Positions 11,267-24,676 of a stretch of DNA of 64,000 nt are shown here, piece after piece (position 1 is the first letter of the stretch; every line of letters starts with the position of its first letter). The position numbers and the translations under genes were made by a program. Source of the DNA: Entomortierella parvispora E1425 (Eukaryota; Fungi; Mortierellomycota); the NCBI GenBank assembly GCA_020891255.1, contig BQFW01000008.1:2852001-2916000 (forward strand), written 5' to 3'. Under the pieces are notes generated by a model, which worked only from the letters and a program-made list of their open reading frames with translations, ran no database searches and was not told the DNA's origin.

Positions 11267-11582
11267 TAGGAATAAAGAAAGAGAGCAATTGCATGAACGT
11301 TGTCAGCTACACGCGAACAATCCCGACATTTTGTTTCGTGTCTCTTCGCGGGCATTCCTTTGAAGACCCAAAGGGGTCTATGTGACTGTGCGCAGATAAC
11401 TGGTGGCGCTCAGTTGAATCTCCGCAGGGTGCACACATCGATATGACTCTTTAACTTTGTGTGTCAGGGCCAAGTCGCATTGTTGTTTCTTTTTTTTGTT
11501 CCATTCACATTCTCATTCCCCTCTTTTCATTCTTCACCACCCTCCTCCTCTTTCCCCTTTTTCTTCCTCCTCTATATCAGTC

Positions 11583-12838
11583 ATGACTCGAGTATTAAAG
11601 GCCGGTATCCTCGGTGCCACTGGAACTGTGGGCCAGCGTTTCATCCTCTTGTTGGCTGAGCACCCCGGTTTCTCGATCCATGCCCTCGGTGCCTCCCCTC
11701 GTTCTGCTGGAAAGACCTATGCCAAGGCCACAAAGTGGAAGATGTCCCAGTCTATCCCCGCCCCTGTCCGTGATATGATTGTGCACACCTGCGAGCCCAC
11801 CGGCGAGTTCTTGGACTGCGATGTTGTCTTTTCTGGATTGGACGCCGATGTTGCTAGCGAGATTGGTTAGTTATTTTTTGTTATGATCTAGTTGTGTTAG
11901 CAGAAAGAGAGAGAGAGGAAGGGGGAGGGAGAGTGACATGTATCCCTGAGTGCCTGAAAGTTGCACCACAGCGACCGTTTCTAATGGATCTCTCAATTTG
12001 ACTGTTTTTTTTTTTTTTTTTTTGTTTCGTTCAATTAGAGATGGCATTCTTGAAGGCCGATCTTGCCTTGTTCTCCAACGCCAAAAACTACCGCACCCAT
12101 GAGGAAGTGCCCCTGATCGTCCCTCTCGCCAACTCTTCTCATTTCGATCTCGTCCCCTACCAGCGATCCAAACATGCTCTCTCCAAGGGATTCCTCATCA
12201 CCAACGCCAACTGCTCGACTTCTGGTCTCGTGGTGCCCTTGAAGGCCCTTCAGGATCGTTTTGGACCTTTGTCCAAGATCGTAGTCACCACCATGCAGGC
12301 AGTGTCCGGTGCTGGATACCCCGGCGTCAGTTCTTTGGATATCATGGACAACGTGGTGCCTTTTATCGGAGGCGAGGAGTCCAAGATGGAATGGGAGACG
12401 CTCAAGATTTTGGGCGAGGTCAACCCTGAATTGAACGGATTCACCTTGTTGAAGAACACCAAGGTCTCGGCGACATGTAACCGTGTGCCTGTGATCGATG
12501 GTCATACCGAGTGTGTCTCGATCGAGTTTGAACAACGCCCTGCTCCCTCGGTCGAGGAGGTCATTGCTTGCTTGGAGGCTTACCGTTCAGAGGCTCAGGC
12601 TTTAGGCTGCCATTCTGCACCAGAGCAGGCTATCATTGTCTCAAGAGAGGAGGATAGACCCCAGCCCCGTTTGGATCGTGAGAACGGAAAGGGTTACTCG
12701 GTCACGGTCGGTCGTGTCCGTGAGTGCAATGTGTTTGATATCAAGTTGACGCTCTTGGTCCATAACACCATCTTGGGTGCCGCTGGTTCGGGCGTTTTGC
12801 TGGCCGAGTTGGCCCAGAAGAAGGGTTTGATCGCTTAA
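11583..12838 (+). CDS. HOM2: Aspartate-semialdehyde dehydrogenase (exons 11583-11865, 12039-12838)
   Basis: GILGATGTVGQRF Rossmann motif, catalytic NANCSTSG, QAVSGAGYPG, CNRVPVIDGHTE, HNTILGAAG. Confidence 0.95.
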
Positions 12839-12947
12839 AAATAAAATAAAACATAGACATTGGTTTTCAAAAAGAACAAAATACGACTCCTTCCGGATTG
12901 CACCATTGATGTTGTTCTCTTTTATTTCAATGAAAAAGAAATGTAAT

Positions 12948-14199
12948 CTACACATGACGAGGAAGAAGCTGGGTGGGCTTCTTGGGAGGTGGAGGGCGTC
13001 TCATCAAGACGTAGAGCATCACGGTGGTGGCCACGCAGAGTGAATACCAAGTAACGATGTACTCTTTGTGATGGTTACGAAGCTCGACAACGGGGGAGCG
13101 ACCCACAGGGATGTTCTTGTCGATCAATTCCGACTTGATCATATGAGCAGGGGTATCTATGAATATTGGAGGAAAAAAAGCAAAAACAAACATATGAGTC
13201 TTCTTGTTCCATGTCTACAAGTTTTTCAACAAATATTTCCGTCCGCTGCCTTTGAAATCTTACCAAGGATCATCTCGACAACAACCGGTTGAGCGTCCAC
13301 CTGTTTCGCCATCGTCTCCACATCCAACGAGTACCATTCATTCTTGTCTGGGTTGTTCTCGGGGACAAAGGAGCTGGCCTTTTGTTCACCCGTTCGCAAC
13401 AAGCCCTCGACCGTCACTTGTCCCTCAGTCAATCCTTCCAGACGAGTTGATTGGTCCTTCTTGTCCCTGGGAACCCAGCCTCTTCGGACCAAGATCTTGG
13501 ATCCGTTGTCTATCCGCTCCAAAGGTGTGATCAAAAAGTATCCAGGCTGTCCATCTCCACGTGTGCGGGGTCCAAGAAGAATCTCCTGATCATGTCGGAA
13601 CGTTCCTGTCACCTTGACTTTACGGTATTCGAAATCTTCAATAGCACTCAAGCTACAATGGAAAACGAAAAAAAAAGGGATGAAAGAAACAGTCAAAAAT
13701 CATTTCAATCTCAAAAGATCGTGTTCCATCAAATAAATGCAATCCGTCTTCCCAAGGTCCGGGAAAGAACAAGAAAAAAGAGGAGAGGAAGGGGGGAAGG
13801 TGGACATTACTTGACTTTGCGGGGCAAAGGAATGGCATCGAGACTCATACGATCCTCGAGTTGCTCAATCAGATCGACCTTCCAGCGCAGTCGCTGGACC
13901 TGCCAGGTGCCTAGACCAAAAGTGATGATGGGGCAGAGAGCCAAGCCGATGGTCACAGGGCCCCAACGTCTCCGACCTGACTGTGTCCTTGAAGCCTGGT
14001 GCATGGCTGCATAGGTGCGTTGTTGTTGATGATGACAAGGAACTGTCCGTGAACTAGCCGTCGTTGTCCTCTTGGTCGCTGTGTTCGAGATCAGCGAACG
14101 GGTGCAAAGCTGACGGCAGGGTTGGGAGGATGTCGGCAGGGTTGGACGAATGGCCCCAAAGTCCATGGTCGCCCGAGTGAGAATCCTGGATCGAAGCAT
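12948..14199 (-). CDS. SHY1: SURF1/SHY1 cytochrome c oxidase assembly factor, 3 exons
   Basis: Arg/Thr-rich presequence, TFGLGTWQVQRLRWK, EYRKVKVTG...LVRRGWVP, WYSLD, LRNHHKEYIVTWYSL. Confidence 0.92.
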
Positions 14200-14895
14200 T
14201 TTGGACGGGCAGAGAATGGGAATGTCGATCGTCTTGCCTCTTGGGATTCCTCTCGAGAATGAAGAAGCGATGCATTCGCGCGCATTGTCGGATCGCAATA
14301 TTCGAGTCAGTTGGGCTCAGCCACAGGGACATCCATTTGGGTGAAATTTATCAACCTGCTCCTTTCTCCTTTTGCGACCCATTATTGTGTCTCATTGTAT
14401 CTCTTTCCTTTCATACGCTGTATTTGACAGGATTCTCACTCTCTTTAGCGATTGAAGACAAAAAATGGGCCGCCCTCCGTTTTGCCAATGCGCAAAATTG
14501 TTTTTCATTTCTGCTCCAGGCTTGCATCCCGGGTGTAATTGCACTGTGCTTCGTGCTTCGCCCTTTTTTCCGTAAAATTCTTGTTCCGATCTATCGAACA
14601 GTCGACTCTAGCACTCCACAAGGTAACCCACCATCCTGTTACAACTAAAGCACATTTTTTTTTTCACTTTTCGGTACTATTTTTATTGTCAAGCGAATCT
14701 AATGGGTTTGGGTGGTTGGTACGTGGAGAGTCAAGTTCGATGTTGGATGGTCCTTCATTCGTTCTTTTCGTCTTTTCGGCATTATTCTTCTGTGATCAAA
14801 AGTGGTCGGTGAATAGGTATCCATGAAAACGGCACCACTCAGTCCTTCAAAAAATATTCCGGTGTCATCGAGGTTCTTTCAAATATAGAGCGCAT

Positions 14896-16237
14896 TTAGT
14901 TTTCGCCCTTGGAGGCAGTGTTCTCAGCGAGATGGTATTTGTGGTTGGTGGTGTTGAACCATGGGATGGCGGCTATAGATAAAAATAAAAGACCTTGGTC
15001 AGTGGACCTGGCTCTCTCTTCAATGGGCAAAAAAGGCTGGGTTTCCTTCGTCTAAATGCAACGAATTTCCTTGCGAATACTTACAGAACTTGAGGGCAGC
15101 ATACTTGGAGTTTCTAGCAGCAACACCCTGGGCACCCTCGTCCATCGTTGGCTTGCCATAAGGCTCAAGACCGGCAGCAATGCGAGCATCCATCTCAACG
15201 CGGTTCTTGGCCAACTCTCTGGCGTTCTCCTCCCAACCCCAGAAACGGACTATATTTTGAAATGACAGAAAAGACTTAATAAAATCGACCCCGATTGTTA
15301 TATGATTATCGTGCAAGCAAGAGGTCCCCAATGAACTTACGACTGGACTTCTGGTAAGAGTAGAGGAAACCGCCCATGAATCCGAAGGCGGTAGCAATAC
15401 CCAAAGCGACGTTGATACCCTTGGGTCCAGCACCGGGGCGGACGCGCTCTATTTTTTGAAAAAAAAAATCCATAAGGGAGAGGTGTCCATGTTAGGGTGG
15501 TATCCATTATGACGAATTCGATGTGGATGGACGCCACTTTCCAGTCCCAGATCGTCCTGTATCCAGCATGTGCTGATCAATGAAGCCTGTCAGCAGAGTG
15601 CATGTACTCTCATCGGATCGCTGCACCACAGCAGAGCCAAAGTGCAGCTATTTCAAGGAGACATGCTCCTGGAGATCACAGAGCCAGCCTAATATCCCGT
15701 TTCCACTGGACCTGCACGTCCGAGATCAAGTGCTTTGATAAAGGTCCTGCAAAGAAGAACGTGTCTTCAGGGGCGCGTTTCTTTCCAGATGGTGAAAGTC
15801 AACTCTGGTCTTCTACTTTCGCGTTGGCTCTCATCTTCGATGAGTCTTTTGTCGCTCCCGCACATCCTCGGTTAATGATTCGGTGGATGGTTGCCGCGCT
15901 TCCAAGTGCTTCCTTGTCATCGGCGCTTTAATCAGAGAAGCTTAGACGGCACCAGATCGGATTCGTTGCCGCTGTCTTCATTCACTCCAGTCCGATTGTA
16001 CAGGCAGAGTATACTCTGAGCCGTAAAGGCATCTGTTGAAAAAGCAGCCCGGATGTGCATCGCTAAAGAGGGAGCAGGTCAATTACCAAGAGCAAGCAAG
16101 ATTGCAGGAGCTCCGACGGTCAAACCACCCCAGGCAGCGACATCGGAGCCGCGCATGTAGCGGACGACACGGGTGAAATGAGGATCCGAGTCGATGACGG
16201 GGTGCTCTGTCCTGATGTACTGTTCAGCGGTCGACAT
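14896..16237 (-). CDS. NUXM: NADH-ubiquinone oxidoreductase 20.9/21 kDa accessory subunit, 4 exons, ~635-nt first intron
   Basis: HPVIDSDPHFTRVVRYMRGSD, GFMGGFLYSYQKSS, RFWGWEENARE, YGKPTMDEGAQGVAARNSKYAALKF, IPWFNTTNHKYH. Confidence 0.85.
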
Positions 16238-18143
16238 GATGAATGATTGAGAAGGGAGTGGAGTGGAGTGGGGAAGAGAGAAAAATGAAAGGTACAAATG
16301 ATAACAGCCTCGGACAATCGGACAATCGGATGGATGGAGCTGAATGTGGACAGTGGGGAACGTTGCAGGGGATTTGTGCGCGAGGTACTTCTGTGCTGTG
16401 CAGCAAGACAAAAGGAAAACAATTCAAGTCATGTGACTACGAGCTCGGAGAAATATAAGCCACCGTCTGTGGCACGTGATTGATCGTGCTCTTTTTTCTT
16501 TTTTTTCTTTTTTTTTTTTTTTTTTTTTGGGTTGAGGACGCGTCCAACGGCTGAACTAACTGAGTTTTGCTCATCATCTACGAGCGACTGTGTTCGCCAT
16601 GGCACTTCCTGCTGAAGAAAGGCACATTAAATAATGTACAGTACCACGGTGATCAATGGACTAACCCGGTTGAGGGGACATCATGTTCGATCTGATAAGA
16701 TTCGCTTTCCATTCCCACTGCTCGTATTTGGTCATGATCTCCTGCATTACAAGAGAGAGCACTGCAACAGAGAGAGGGCGAGGTGGTTCGGATGTGACAA
16801 CATGCAGTTGTTGGCATCACACAAGACATGAAAAGGGTTCTTCCTTTTGAGTTTACATCGAGTAACCCCACTCTGCCTCTCCAGCAGTCCCTGTTTCTTT
16901 CCCCGTTTCTTTCCCCCGTGTTCATCTGCTGAAAGAACAGACGCCCTGACCCAACTGCTTCATTGGATTGGAAGGAACGAAAAAAGAAAAAAAGAAAAGA
17001 GAAAATGAACCGCGCTCAGATGCCAAAAAAAAAAAAAAAAAAAAAAAAAAATCGAGAGAGCACACAAATAGATCCAGCCCTTGTGCGGTTCGTTGCCAAA
17101 AAAGACCAACAAAACCAAAGTAATTCCCAATTCTTTTGCCAATAGGGTTGCACGCGGTTTACCCAGTCTCCCAGCAGCAGTCGAGCCTTGGTTACACTCC
17201 CCCTCACAGCCTGGGCACATCCTGTTTGTGCCCGCCCGCTCCCTCCCTTTCCTTGGATTGGATTGATGTAATCATTTAGAGTAGGGAATCGAGAAGACCA
17301 CAATCACGCACACCGTTGTCGTTTCTGTTCTCACACAATTAAACTCGTGTCCCTTGTTGTTTGCTGCTCTTCGGCAAAAGAAACATCCATCCTTTGTTTG
17401 GGGTCCTTCTGTCTTCCCTCCTTTGCTAAATGGGGAAGAGGAGGAAGAGAAGATGAAATGAAGAAGAGAAACCAAAAAAAAAAAAAAAAAGTTGGGGCCA
17501 TCGGCGTTTGCAACGTTGTCAAAGGGGTCAGGTGCAATACGGAGCAGCAGATCAAACGATTGACAGTGGGAAAACCGGATAATAAAACAGTCCAAGGAAC
17601 GTGTTTAACGTGGTAGGTCGCTTGGCCAGATCTAAAAAGACCGATCGATGGAAAGTGACAGAAGCAGCAGGACAAGGGAGGCACTCTTTTTTCCTTTTTT
17701 TGCGAAATTGCGCAGACACCCCACAACGCAATGCGTTCTGTCGATCTGCCTCGGCCCTTTGGGCAGACAAATAAGCAGAGGGACCCTGACCCGCCTTTAG
17801 ATTGCAAACAAGCCCCGCCAGCGAGTGGGCAGATGAAAAAGGAAAGGCAGAGAGAAGAAGGACGATGATTTTAGCCGCCAAGGCCCAAGAGCGAGATCGA
17901 GAGCAAGAAAGGAAGAGAGAGGGAGCGGAGAAAAGTAAAACTAAGGTTGCCACTTGCCAGAGAGGGGGGAGCATCGAGAGAGAGAGAGCGAAAGAGAGTG
18001 GGCAAAGCACCAAGGGAAATCGAGACCTTCTCCCAGGGAAAAGCAAACTGACAAATCCAGGGTGGGACTGCCCGAGTCAATCAGAGGCCCGGCAACACTC
18101 ACACGCCAATGCGGTCCATATCGAGAAGGAAAGGCACCCTTGC

Positions 18144-18198
18144 ACAGGCACCCTCTGAACAGGCACTCTCTGAACAGGCACTCTCTGAACAGGCACTC
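18144..18198 (+). repeat. 15-bp tandem repeat ACAGGCAC(T/C)CTCTGA x3.7, followed by a TATA-like CATAAAAG at ~18202
   Basis: Read directly from sequence. It lies upstream of the CT-rich region that precedes the ABC transporter ATG. Confidence 0.85.
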
Positions 18199-18687
18199 AA
18201 GCATAAAAGGACCCCCCGTCGACTCTCTTCACTCCCACCCTCCCTCTCCCTCCCCATTGTCGCTTCCTTCCCTCCCTCTCTCTTTATCTCCCCTGCCCAC
18301 TTCAGTTTTGTCATTTCCTTCTCTCATTGATTCATTCATTCATTCATCCATCCTTCCATCTCATCACCCCTCCATCCCATCACCTTCTCTTCCTTCCCTT
18401 CCTTCCCTTCCTCAGAAAGAGCTTGCTGGAAGTGAACAAAAGGGTCGTGTGCCATCCAAAAAAAAAAAAAAAAAAAAAAAAATTCTTGTGTCTGAGAACC
18501 AAAGCGATTTAGCCGAGAACCGCAGAACCCAAAGGCACTTTCGCTTCCTCGGTCTCGTCCTTGTCCCTGTCTTGGCTCATTCCTTTCATTCATTCAATCC
18601 CGGATCTCATTCATTTTCCTCATCACCCCTACCTCTCCCTCCCCCTTCCCCTCGCCTATACCCCAGCAAGGTCTTTATTGAGTCCTC

Positions 18688-21600
18688 ATGAAGATCTTCA
18701 AAAAGCGGGAGGTGGTCGTCCCCCCGATCCCTGAAAAGGATACGAACCCTGGCGTGTGCCCAGAATTTACATCCTCGGTTTTTTCCAAACTTACCTTTGG
18801 ATGGGTCCAGCCCCTGATGTCCCTCGGTTCCAAGCGCCCGCTGGAGAGGGAGGATATCTGGGAGTTGACTGAGAGGCGTCGCGCTGCTTTCATCGCCACG
18901 CGTTTCCGTGAAAAGTGGGCCCTTCAGGTCGCCAAGCGAGATGCCAGCAGACTTGCTATGAAGAACAAAGAAGTTGATTACAGCAACGAGAAAGGCGTTG
19001 GTGACCTCAAGAAGAAAAAGAAGAGTGGCAAGGTCAAAGAGTACAAACCCTCGCTATGGTTGGCCATCAACAACACGTTCTTGTGGGTGTTTTGGTCTGC
19101 AGGAGTGTTGAAGGTTATCGGCGATTCGCTACAGGTACGTGAAAAAGGAGAGATGGTGCATTTAACTTGGTGCTGCTGTTACTGCTGCTCTCTCACCTGG
19201 TGTGGATCATTTCATTTCCCCCTTCCTTGGACGTTGCTCTCTTTCTCTCACCCCTTGAGATCACCCCTTGAGATCTGTCACTCATCTTTTCTCTGTTGCT
19301 CTGTCTACCTCTGGTCGAATCTAGGTCTTCCAACCAATGGTTACCAAAGCCATCATTACTTTTGTCACCACCAGGTAAGCGCTCATTGCAACAAGCCGAA
19401 AGCCGCTTCACCATCCCCCGCACAATTCCAAGTTACTAACCTGACATTGTTTCTTTCTTTAGCGCTATTAAACATAAGGCAGGACTCGATGACGAAATGC
19501 CACCAATGTGGTACGGCATTGTGTTGGCCATTGTTCTCTATCTTATGGGGGTATTCTCAACCCTCTCCATGCATCAGTTCTGGCAACGTTCCACCGGGGT
19601 CGGTGTCGGCATTCGTACTTGTCTGATTACTACCATTTATCGCAAGGGTCTTGTCCTTAGCTCAAAGGCGAAGCAGGATTTCACCACTGGAAAGATTACA
19701 AATTTGATGTCAACAGATACGGCGCGTCTGGACTTCTTGGCCGGTTACTTCCATATCCTTTGGTCGGCTCCTTTGATGGTCCTCATTATCTTAATTCTCC
19801 TCATCGTCAACATGGGACCCTCGGCGTTGGTTGGTTTTGTCTTCTTGGTCGCCTTTGGTCCTATTCAAGCCCGCATTGTCCGCGCTCTTTCTGTCATTCG
19901 TCGCAAGTCTACGCTCATTACCGACGCCCGTGTCAAGCTTACTCAGGAAGTGCTCCAGGGCATGCGTGTTATCAAGTTCTATGGGTGGGAGGATGCCTTC
20001 TTGGGCAAGCTTGAGGACCTTCGTACCCGCGAGTTGAAATATGTCCGGACTTTGTTGATCTCTCGATCCGCCATTGCCGCCGTCAACTTGACAGTCCCTG
20101 TCCTTGCCGCAACCTTGACCTTTGTCACTTACTCCCTGACCGGTCATGAACTCAATGCCGCCATCATTTTCTCGTCTCTTTCGCTCTTCAATATCATGAG
20201 AATGCCTCTTATGATCTTCCCCCAGGTCGTCAGTGGTATGGTCGATGCCATGGTCTCTGTACGACGTATCGAGGATTTCTTGTTGGCAGACGAACTGGAA
20301 GATTTACCCGTTGTTAACCACGATGCCGAGTTTGCAATCTCGATCACGGATGCCAGCTTCCAGTGGGATACCTCCCTCAAAGCTGTCACCATGGAGGAGC
20401 TCCAAGCCCGTGAAAAGGCTGAGCGCAACCGTAGTGCCAACAAAAAGGAACAAAAGAAGGAATTGAAGGCCAAGGAACGTGCAGAAAAGAAGGCTATCAA
20501 AAAGTTGGCCAAATCTCAAAACATCTCTGAGGCTGAGGCTGAGAAGCAATACCGAGAGGCAAAGGAACAGATGGGCTCGGAGCAGTCCAGCGAAACCATG
20601 TCAATCCAAGAAAAGGTGTTGGCCAGAGCCACGGAGAAGGATCCCTCTCCCGACACGGAATCTATCCTGTCTTCGTCTCACGGAGTCGAATTTGAGCCAG
20701 AGGTGGCAGCTGTTGAGGAGAAATCGTCATTTGCTCTCAAGAATATCGATCTTCATATCCCTCGCGGTCAACTCGTGGCGATTGTCGGTGCCGTCGGCAG
20801 CGGAAAATCTTCGATTTTGAACGCCTTGGTAGGAGAGATGAGAAAGACTGCAGGATCCATGGAATACGGTGGTACGATCGGATATTGCCCTCAATCGGCC
20901 TGGATCCAAAACGCCACTGTCAAGGAAAACATCTTGTTTGGTCTTCCATTGGATGAGGGTCGCTACCAGCAGGTTATCAAGGATTGTGCTCTTGAACGCG
21001 ATATCCAAATCTTGCCCAACGGCGATCAAACTGAAATCGGTGAGCGTGGAATCAATCTGTCCGGTGGTCAAAAGCAGCGTGTCAACATTGCCCGTGCTGT
21101 CTATTTTGACGCTGATGTAGTCCTACTGGACGATCCTTTGTCAGCCGTCGATGCCCATGTGGGCAAATATCTTTTCAAGAATTGTATTTTGGGCGCTCTC
21201 CATGGCAAGACTCGTGTCCTCGTTACCCATCAGCTTCACGTTCTGCCTCAAGTCGACTATGTCATCTGCATGAAGGATGGCGCCATTGTTGAGCGTGGTA
21301 CCTTCCAGGAGTTGATGGCAAAGGAGGGCGAGTTTTCGACCCTTATGAAGGCACATGGTGGTATTGACGAGCAGGAGGTCGAGGTCGAGTCTACTGATGA
21401 TCATAGTGTCAGCTCTGCTATTACTGCCGGTGCCGAGAAGGCCGCGGAGGCTGGAATTATCGACAAGAAGGATGAGAAGAAGAAGGACGACACTCCTAGT
21501 GGCAAGCGCAAGGGCTTGATGTCTCAGGAGGAGCGCTCTACGGGTTCTGTCGATGGAGCCATCTACAAGGGATATGTTCAGGCTGCTGGTGGTCTCTATC

Positions 21601-23615
21601 TGATTCCTCTTTTGATTTCATTGCTCATCTTGACGCAGGTGGCTAAAGTTGGGTAAGTTCTAAACTCTGTCATTATTGGAGTGTTGTCGGTGTGGCATTC
21701 ACAGGATTGCATCGCAAGTTGTGCTGATTATTTTCATCCTGTATCTCTATAGAAACGATCTTTGGCTTAGTTGGTGGTCAGACAACCAGTTCAACGAGTC
21801 CCAGAAATTCTACATGATCCTCTATGCCGTCTGGGGTATTCTCCAGGGTATTTTCCAGTTTATCAACGGCTTCTTTTTTTCGATCGGTGGAGCTTCTGCC
21901 GCCAAGGTCCTCCACCAGCGAGCCCTTCAAAACATCTTCCGCGCCCCCTCTTCGTTCTTTGACACGACTCCTCTTGGTATGTGATCTCGCTGGCCGCATG
22001 GAACTGCTTGGACACAAACAACAACTAACCAAAATCATACACACAATATTTAGGTCGCATCATCAACCGTTTCTCCAAGGACGTCGACTCCTGCGACAAC
22101 TTGCTCAGTGAGAGTTACCGGATGTTCACTGGAACGGCAGCGATTGTCTTGTCGACTTTCATCCTGATATCAGTCATCTTCCCTTGGTTCTTGCTCCCGC
22201 TCGTGCCCATGTTGATCTTCTACTACTATGCGGCCATCTACTACCGTTCTTCGTCTCGAGAGCTCAAGCGAATTGATTCGATTCTCCGTTCTTCGCTATA
22301 TGCTCACTTCTCTGAGACTTTGAGCGGCATGGCAACCATTCGTGCCTATCGCGAACAAAACCGTTTTATTGAGCGAAACGCCTACTTCATCGATCTGGAG
22401 AACCGTCCCTACTTTATGAGTTACTCGATCCAACGCTGGCTGGGTGTCCGTCTCGAGACCATTGCCAATACTTTGGTCTTCTGTACCTCACTTTTGGGTG
22501 TCTGCGGCCGTCTCACCATTTTGCCCGGAACTATCGGTTTGGTTCTTTCCTACTCGATGAGTGTCACTGGCACATTCAACTGGTGTGTTCGTCAGTATGC
22601 TGAGGTCGAAAACAACATGAACGCAGTTGAGCGATTGTACCACTACGCGGAGAACTTGGAGCAGGAGGCTGATGCCGTCATTCCCGATAACCGTCCAACT
22701 GAGAACTGGCCCACCCAAGGATCTATCTCTATCAGGAACTTGGAGATGCGTTACCGCCCTGACTTGCCTACTGTCCTCCATGACCTATCATTGGATATCC
22801 GTGGAGGTGAGAAGATTGGTGTTGTCGGTCGCACAGGTGCCGGCAAATCATCCATCATGATGGCGCTGTTCCGTCTTGTCGAGCCCTCTAAAGGCACGAT
22901 GGAGATTGATGGGATGGATATATGCAAGATGGGGTTGTTTGATTTGCGCACACGTCTGGCAATCATTCCTCAGGATCCAGTCTTGTTCAGTGGAACTATC
23001 CGAACCAACTTGGATCCCTTCGAGAAGCGCACAGATGCAGAGCTCTGGGAGGTCTTGGATCGTTCGGATCTTAAGACCTATGTGGCATCGTGCGATGGAG
23101 GACTGGATTCGCAGGTCACTGAGTTTGGTGAGAACCTGTCGGTCGGTCAGCGACAATTGCTTTGCTTGGCCCGCGCCATGTTGACACACGCGCGTGTCAT
23201 TATCATGGATGAAGCCACCGCCTCCGTGGATGTGGCGACGGATGTCATGTTGCAGAAGGCTATTCGTGTCGATTTCGCAGACTCGACTGTGCTGACCATT
23301 GCCCATCGTTTGAACACTGTCATTGATTACTCACGCGTCTTGGTCTTGGACCATGGCGAGATCAAAGAGTTTGATACGCCTGCCAATCTGTTGGCTCGCC
23401 CAGATTCTGTGTTTGGCAGCATGGTTGATGAGACCGGACCCGCCAATTCCGCTCTGTTGAGATCCTTGGCCATCGCTGCTGCCAATGGTCAAGCGGTCGC
23501 TGTCGAGGAGGTTTTGGCGGTCTCGGGTGAGACAGAGGCTGTCACCTCTGCTTCCTCTGAAAGCGACAAGGCGGAGGTCGACACTCCTGGATACAATGTC
23601 AAGAGTGCTGCTTAA
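18688..23615 (+). CDS. ABCC/MRP-type full-length ABC exporter without TMD0 (Yor1-like), 5 exons (~18688-19134, 19324-19374, 19462-21652, 21751-21977, 22053-23615)
   Basis: NBD1 GAVGSGKS/LSGGQKQR/LLDDPLSAVDAHV, NBD2 GRTGAGKS/LSVGQRQ/IMDEATASVD, two TMDs, FFDTTPLGRIINRFSKD. The short N-terminus SKLTFGWVQPLMSLG indicates no TMD0. Confidence 0.93.
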
Positions 23616-24229
23616 AGAACTCCTCCCCTGCATCGATACAACCATGGGCATCAATGCGTGGATCAAAAAAATATCTTGCATTCATTGTTCTTCTCGCATT
23701 CTCCCCTCTCTCTCTATTCTAGTTCCTAAGACCCATTCCTTAATTTACATACCCTATTCAACATTTATTCTCTTTCTGGGATTTTTTCCCACCCAGGCAT
23801 CTATAAAGTATCGGGGAGATACATCTATCTCAGTCGCCAACACAGCTAATAGAACATCACTTCAGATTCGCTCTCAAAGAAAAATGTCGATAATAGGCAA
23901 GGGCACCATCATGAAGTTACTCGCCCTCTCCACACTGTGGTATGTTTTATGAGATTTCCAACCCAAAGTGGGATGGTTTGCAAAGGTCAAGAGAGTAGCG
24001 ACCAAATTCACAATCAGTAGGTGGTGCCCAAAACAGCACTGTATATAGTGGAGATGTATTTCTTGTCCAGCTCTGCTGAAACGTTCTGGGGTACTCTGTG
24101 TTCGATCATGACCTTTATTTTTCTTTGTGCTCTCGTAGAGACAAAAATGGGCAAATGGTATGGATAGTATAGGCCAATGAAACGGAAGAAGGTGAGATGA
24201 TGAAGGACGTCTTCAACAGGCTAAAGGTA

Positions 24230-24676
24230 TCACTGCTCTTCGGTAGACTCATAGTTCCACTGGGCGTCATCTCCTTGATAACCCGCTTTAAGGACAACCG
24301 GACTGTTATTAGCGCCTGCTGACAGGCAAAGGGCATACCCATCAGTGGTCTCAAATTGATACCATCCACCAGGAGCATCGACCCGCTGCCATTCGTATTG
24401 GGTCTCTCCAGTGATAACCGCTGCACTCTCGCCCTGACCATCGACACCAAGATAGAGCTCATTCGCATCATTCTTGAAGGTCACCAGGTTTCCCCCGACA
24501 TCTACCATTTCCCAGTTCCCGTTCGTATCATTATCGCTTTTATGATAGCCAACAATCTTGTTCGCTTGACTGTCGTACTATTGACGGTTGATGATGTTGA
24601 CAGACTGCGCCGAAACGCAAACGAGTACGATACTCAGCACGGTGTAGATCAGAAAGCCGATTCGAAGACTCAACAT
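24230..24676 (-). pseudogene. Secreted ricin-B-like (beta-trefoil) protein, copy A, with in-frame TAG at codon 33
   Basis: Signal peptide MLSLRIGFLIYTVLSIVLVCVSAQS, TAG at 24580-24578, then an open frame with NW/EWQ/AQW repeats. Clear paralog of 62508-62969. Confidence 0.7.

Noticed and set aside
15520-15660. Possible H/ACA snoRNA in the long NUXM intron (two small hairpins, AGAGTA, ACA)
   Set aside because: The second hairpin is too short and lacks a proper pseudouridylation pocket, so it is unsupported without an Infernal search.
16005-16018. Perfect 14-bp palindrome CAGAGTATACTCTG
   Set aside because: Several palindromes of this length are expected by chance in 64 kb.
18144-18198. Regularly spaced repeats as a possible CRISPR array
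   Set aside because: The units are contiguous 15-mers with no unique spacers, there are no cas genes, and the context is eukaryotic.
17331-18691. Several 120-245 aa ORFs upstream of the ABC gene
   Set aside because: They are translations of poly-A, GA/CT and TTCA low-complexity promoter/UTR sequence.
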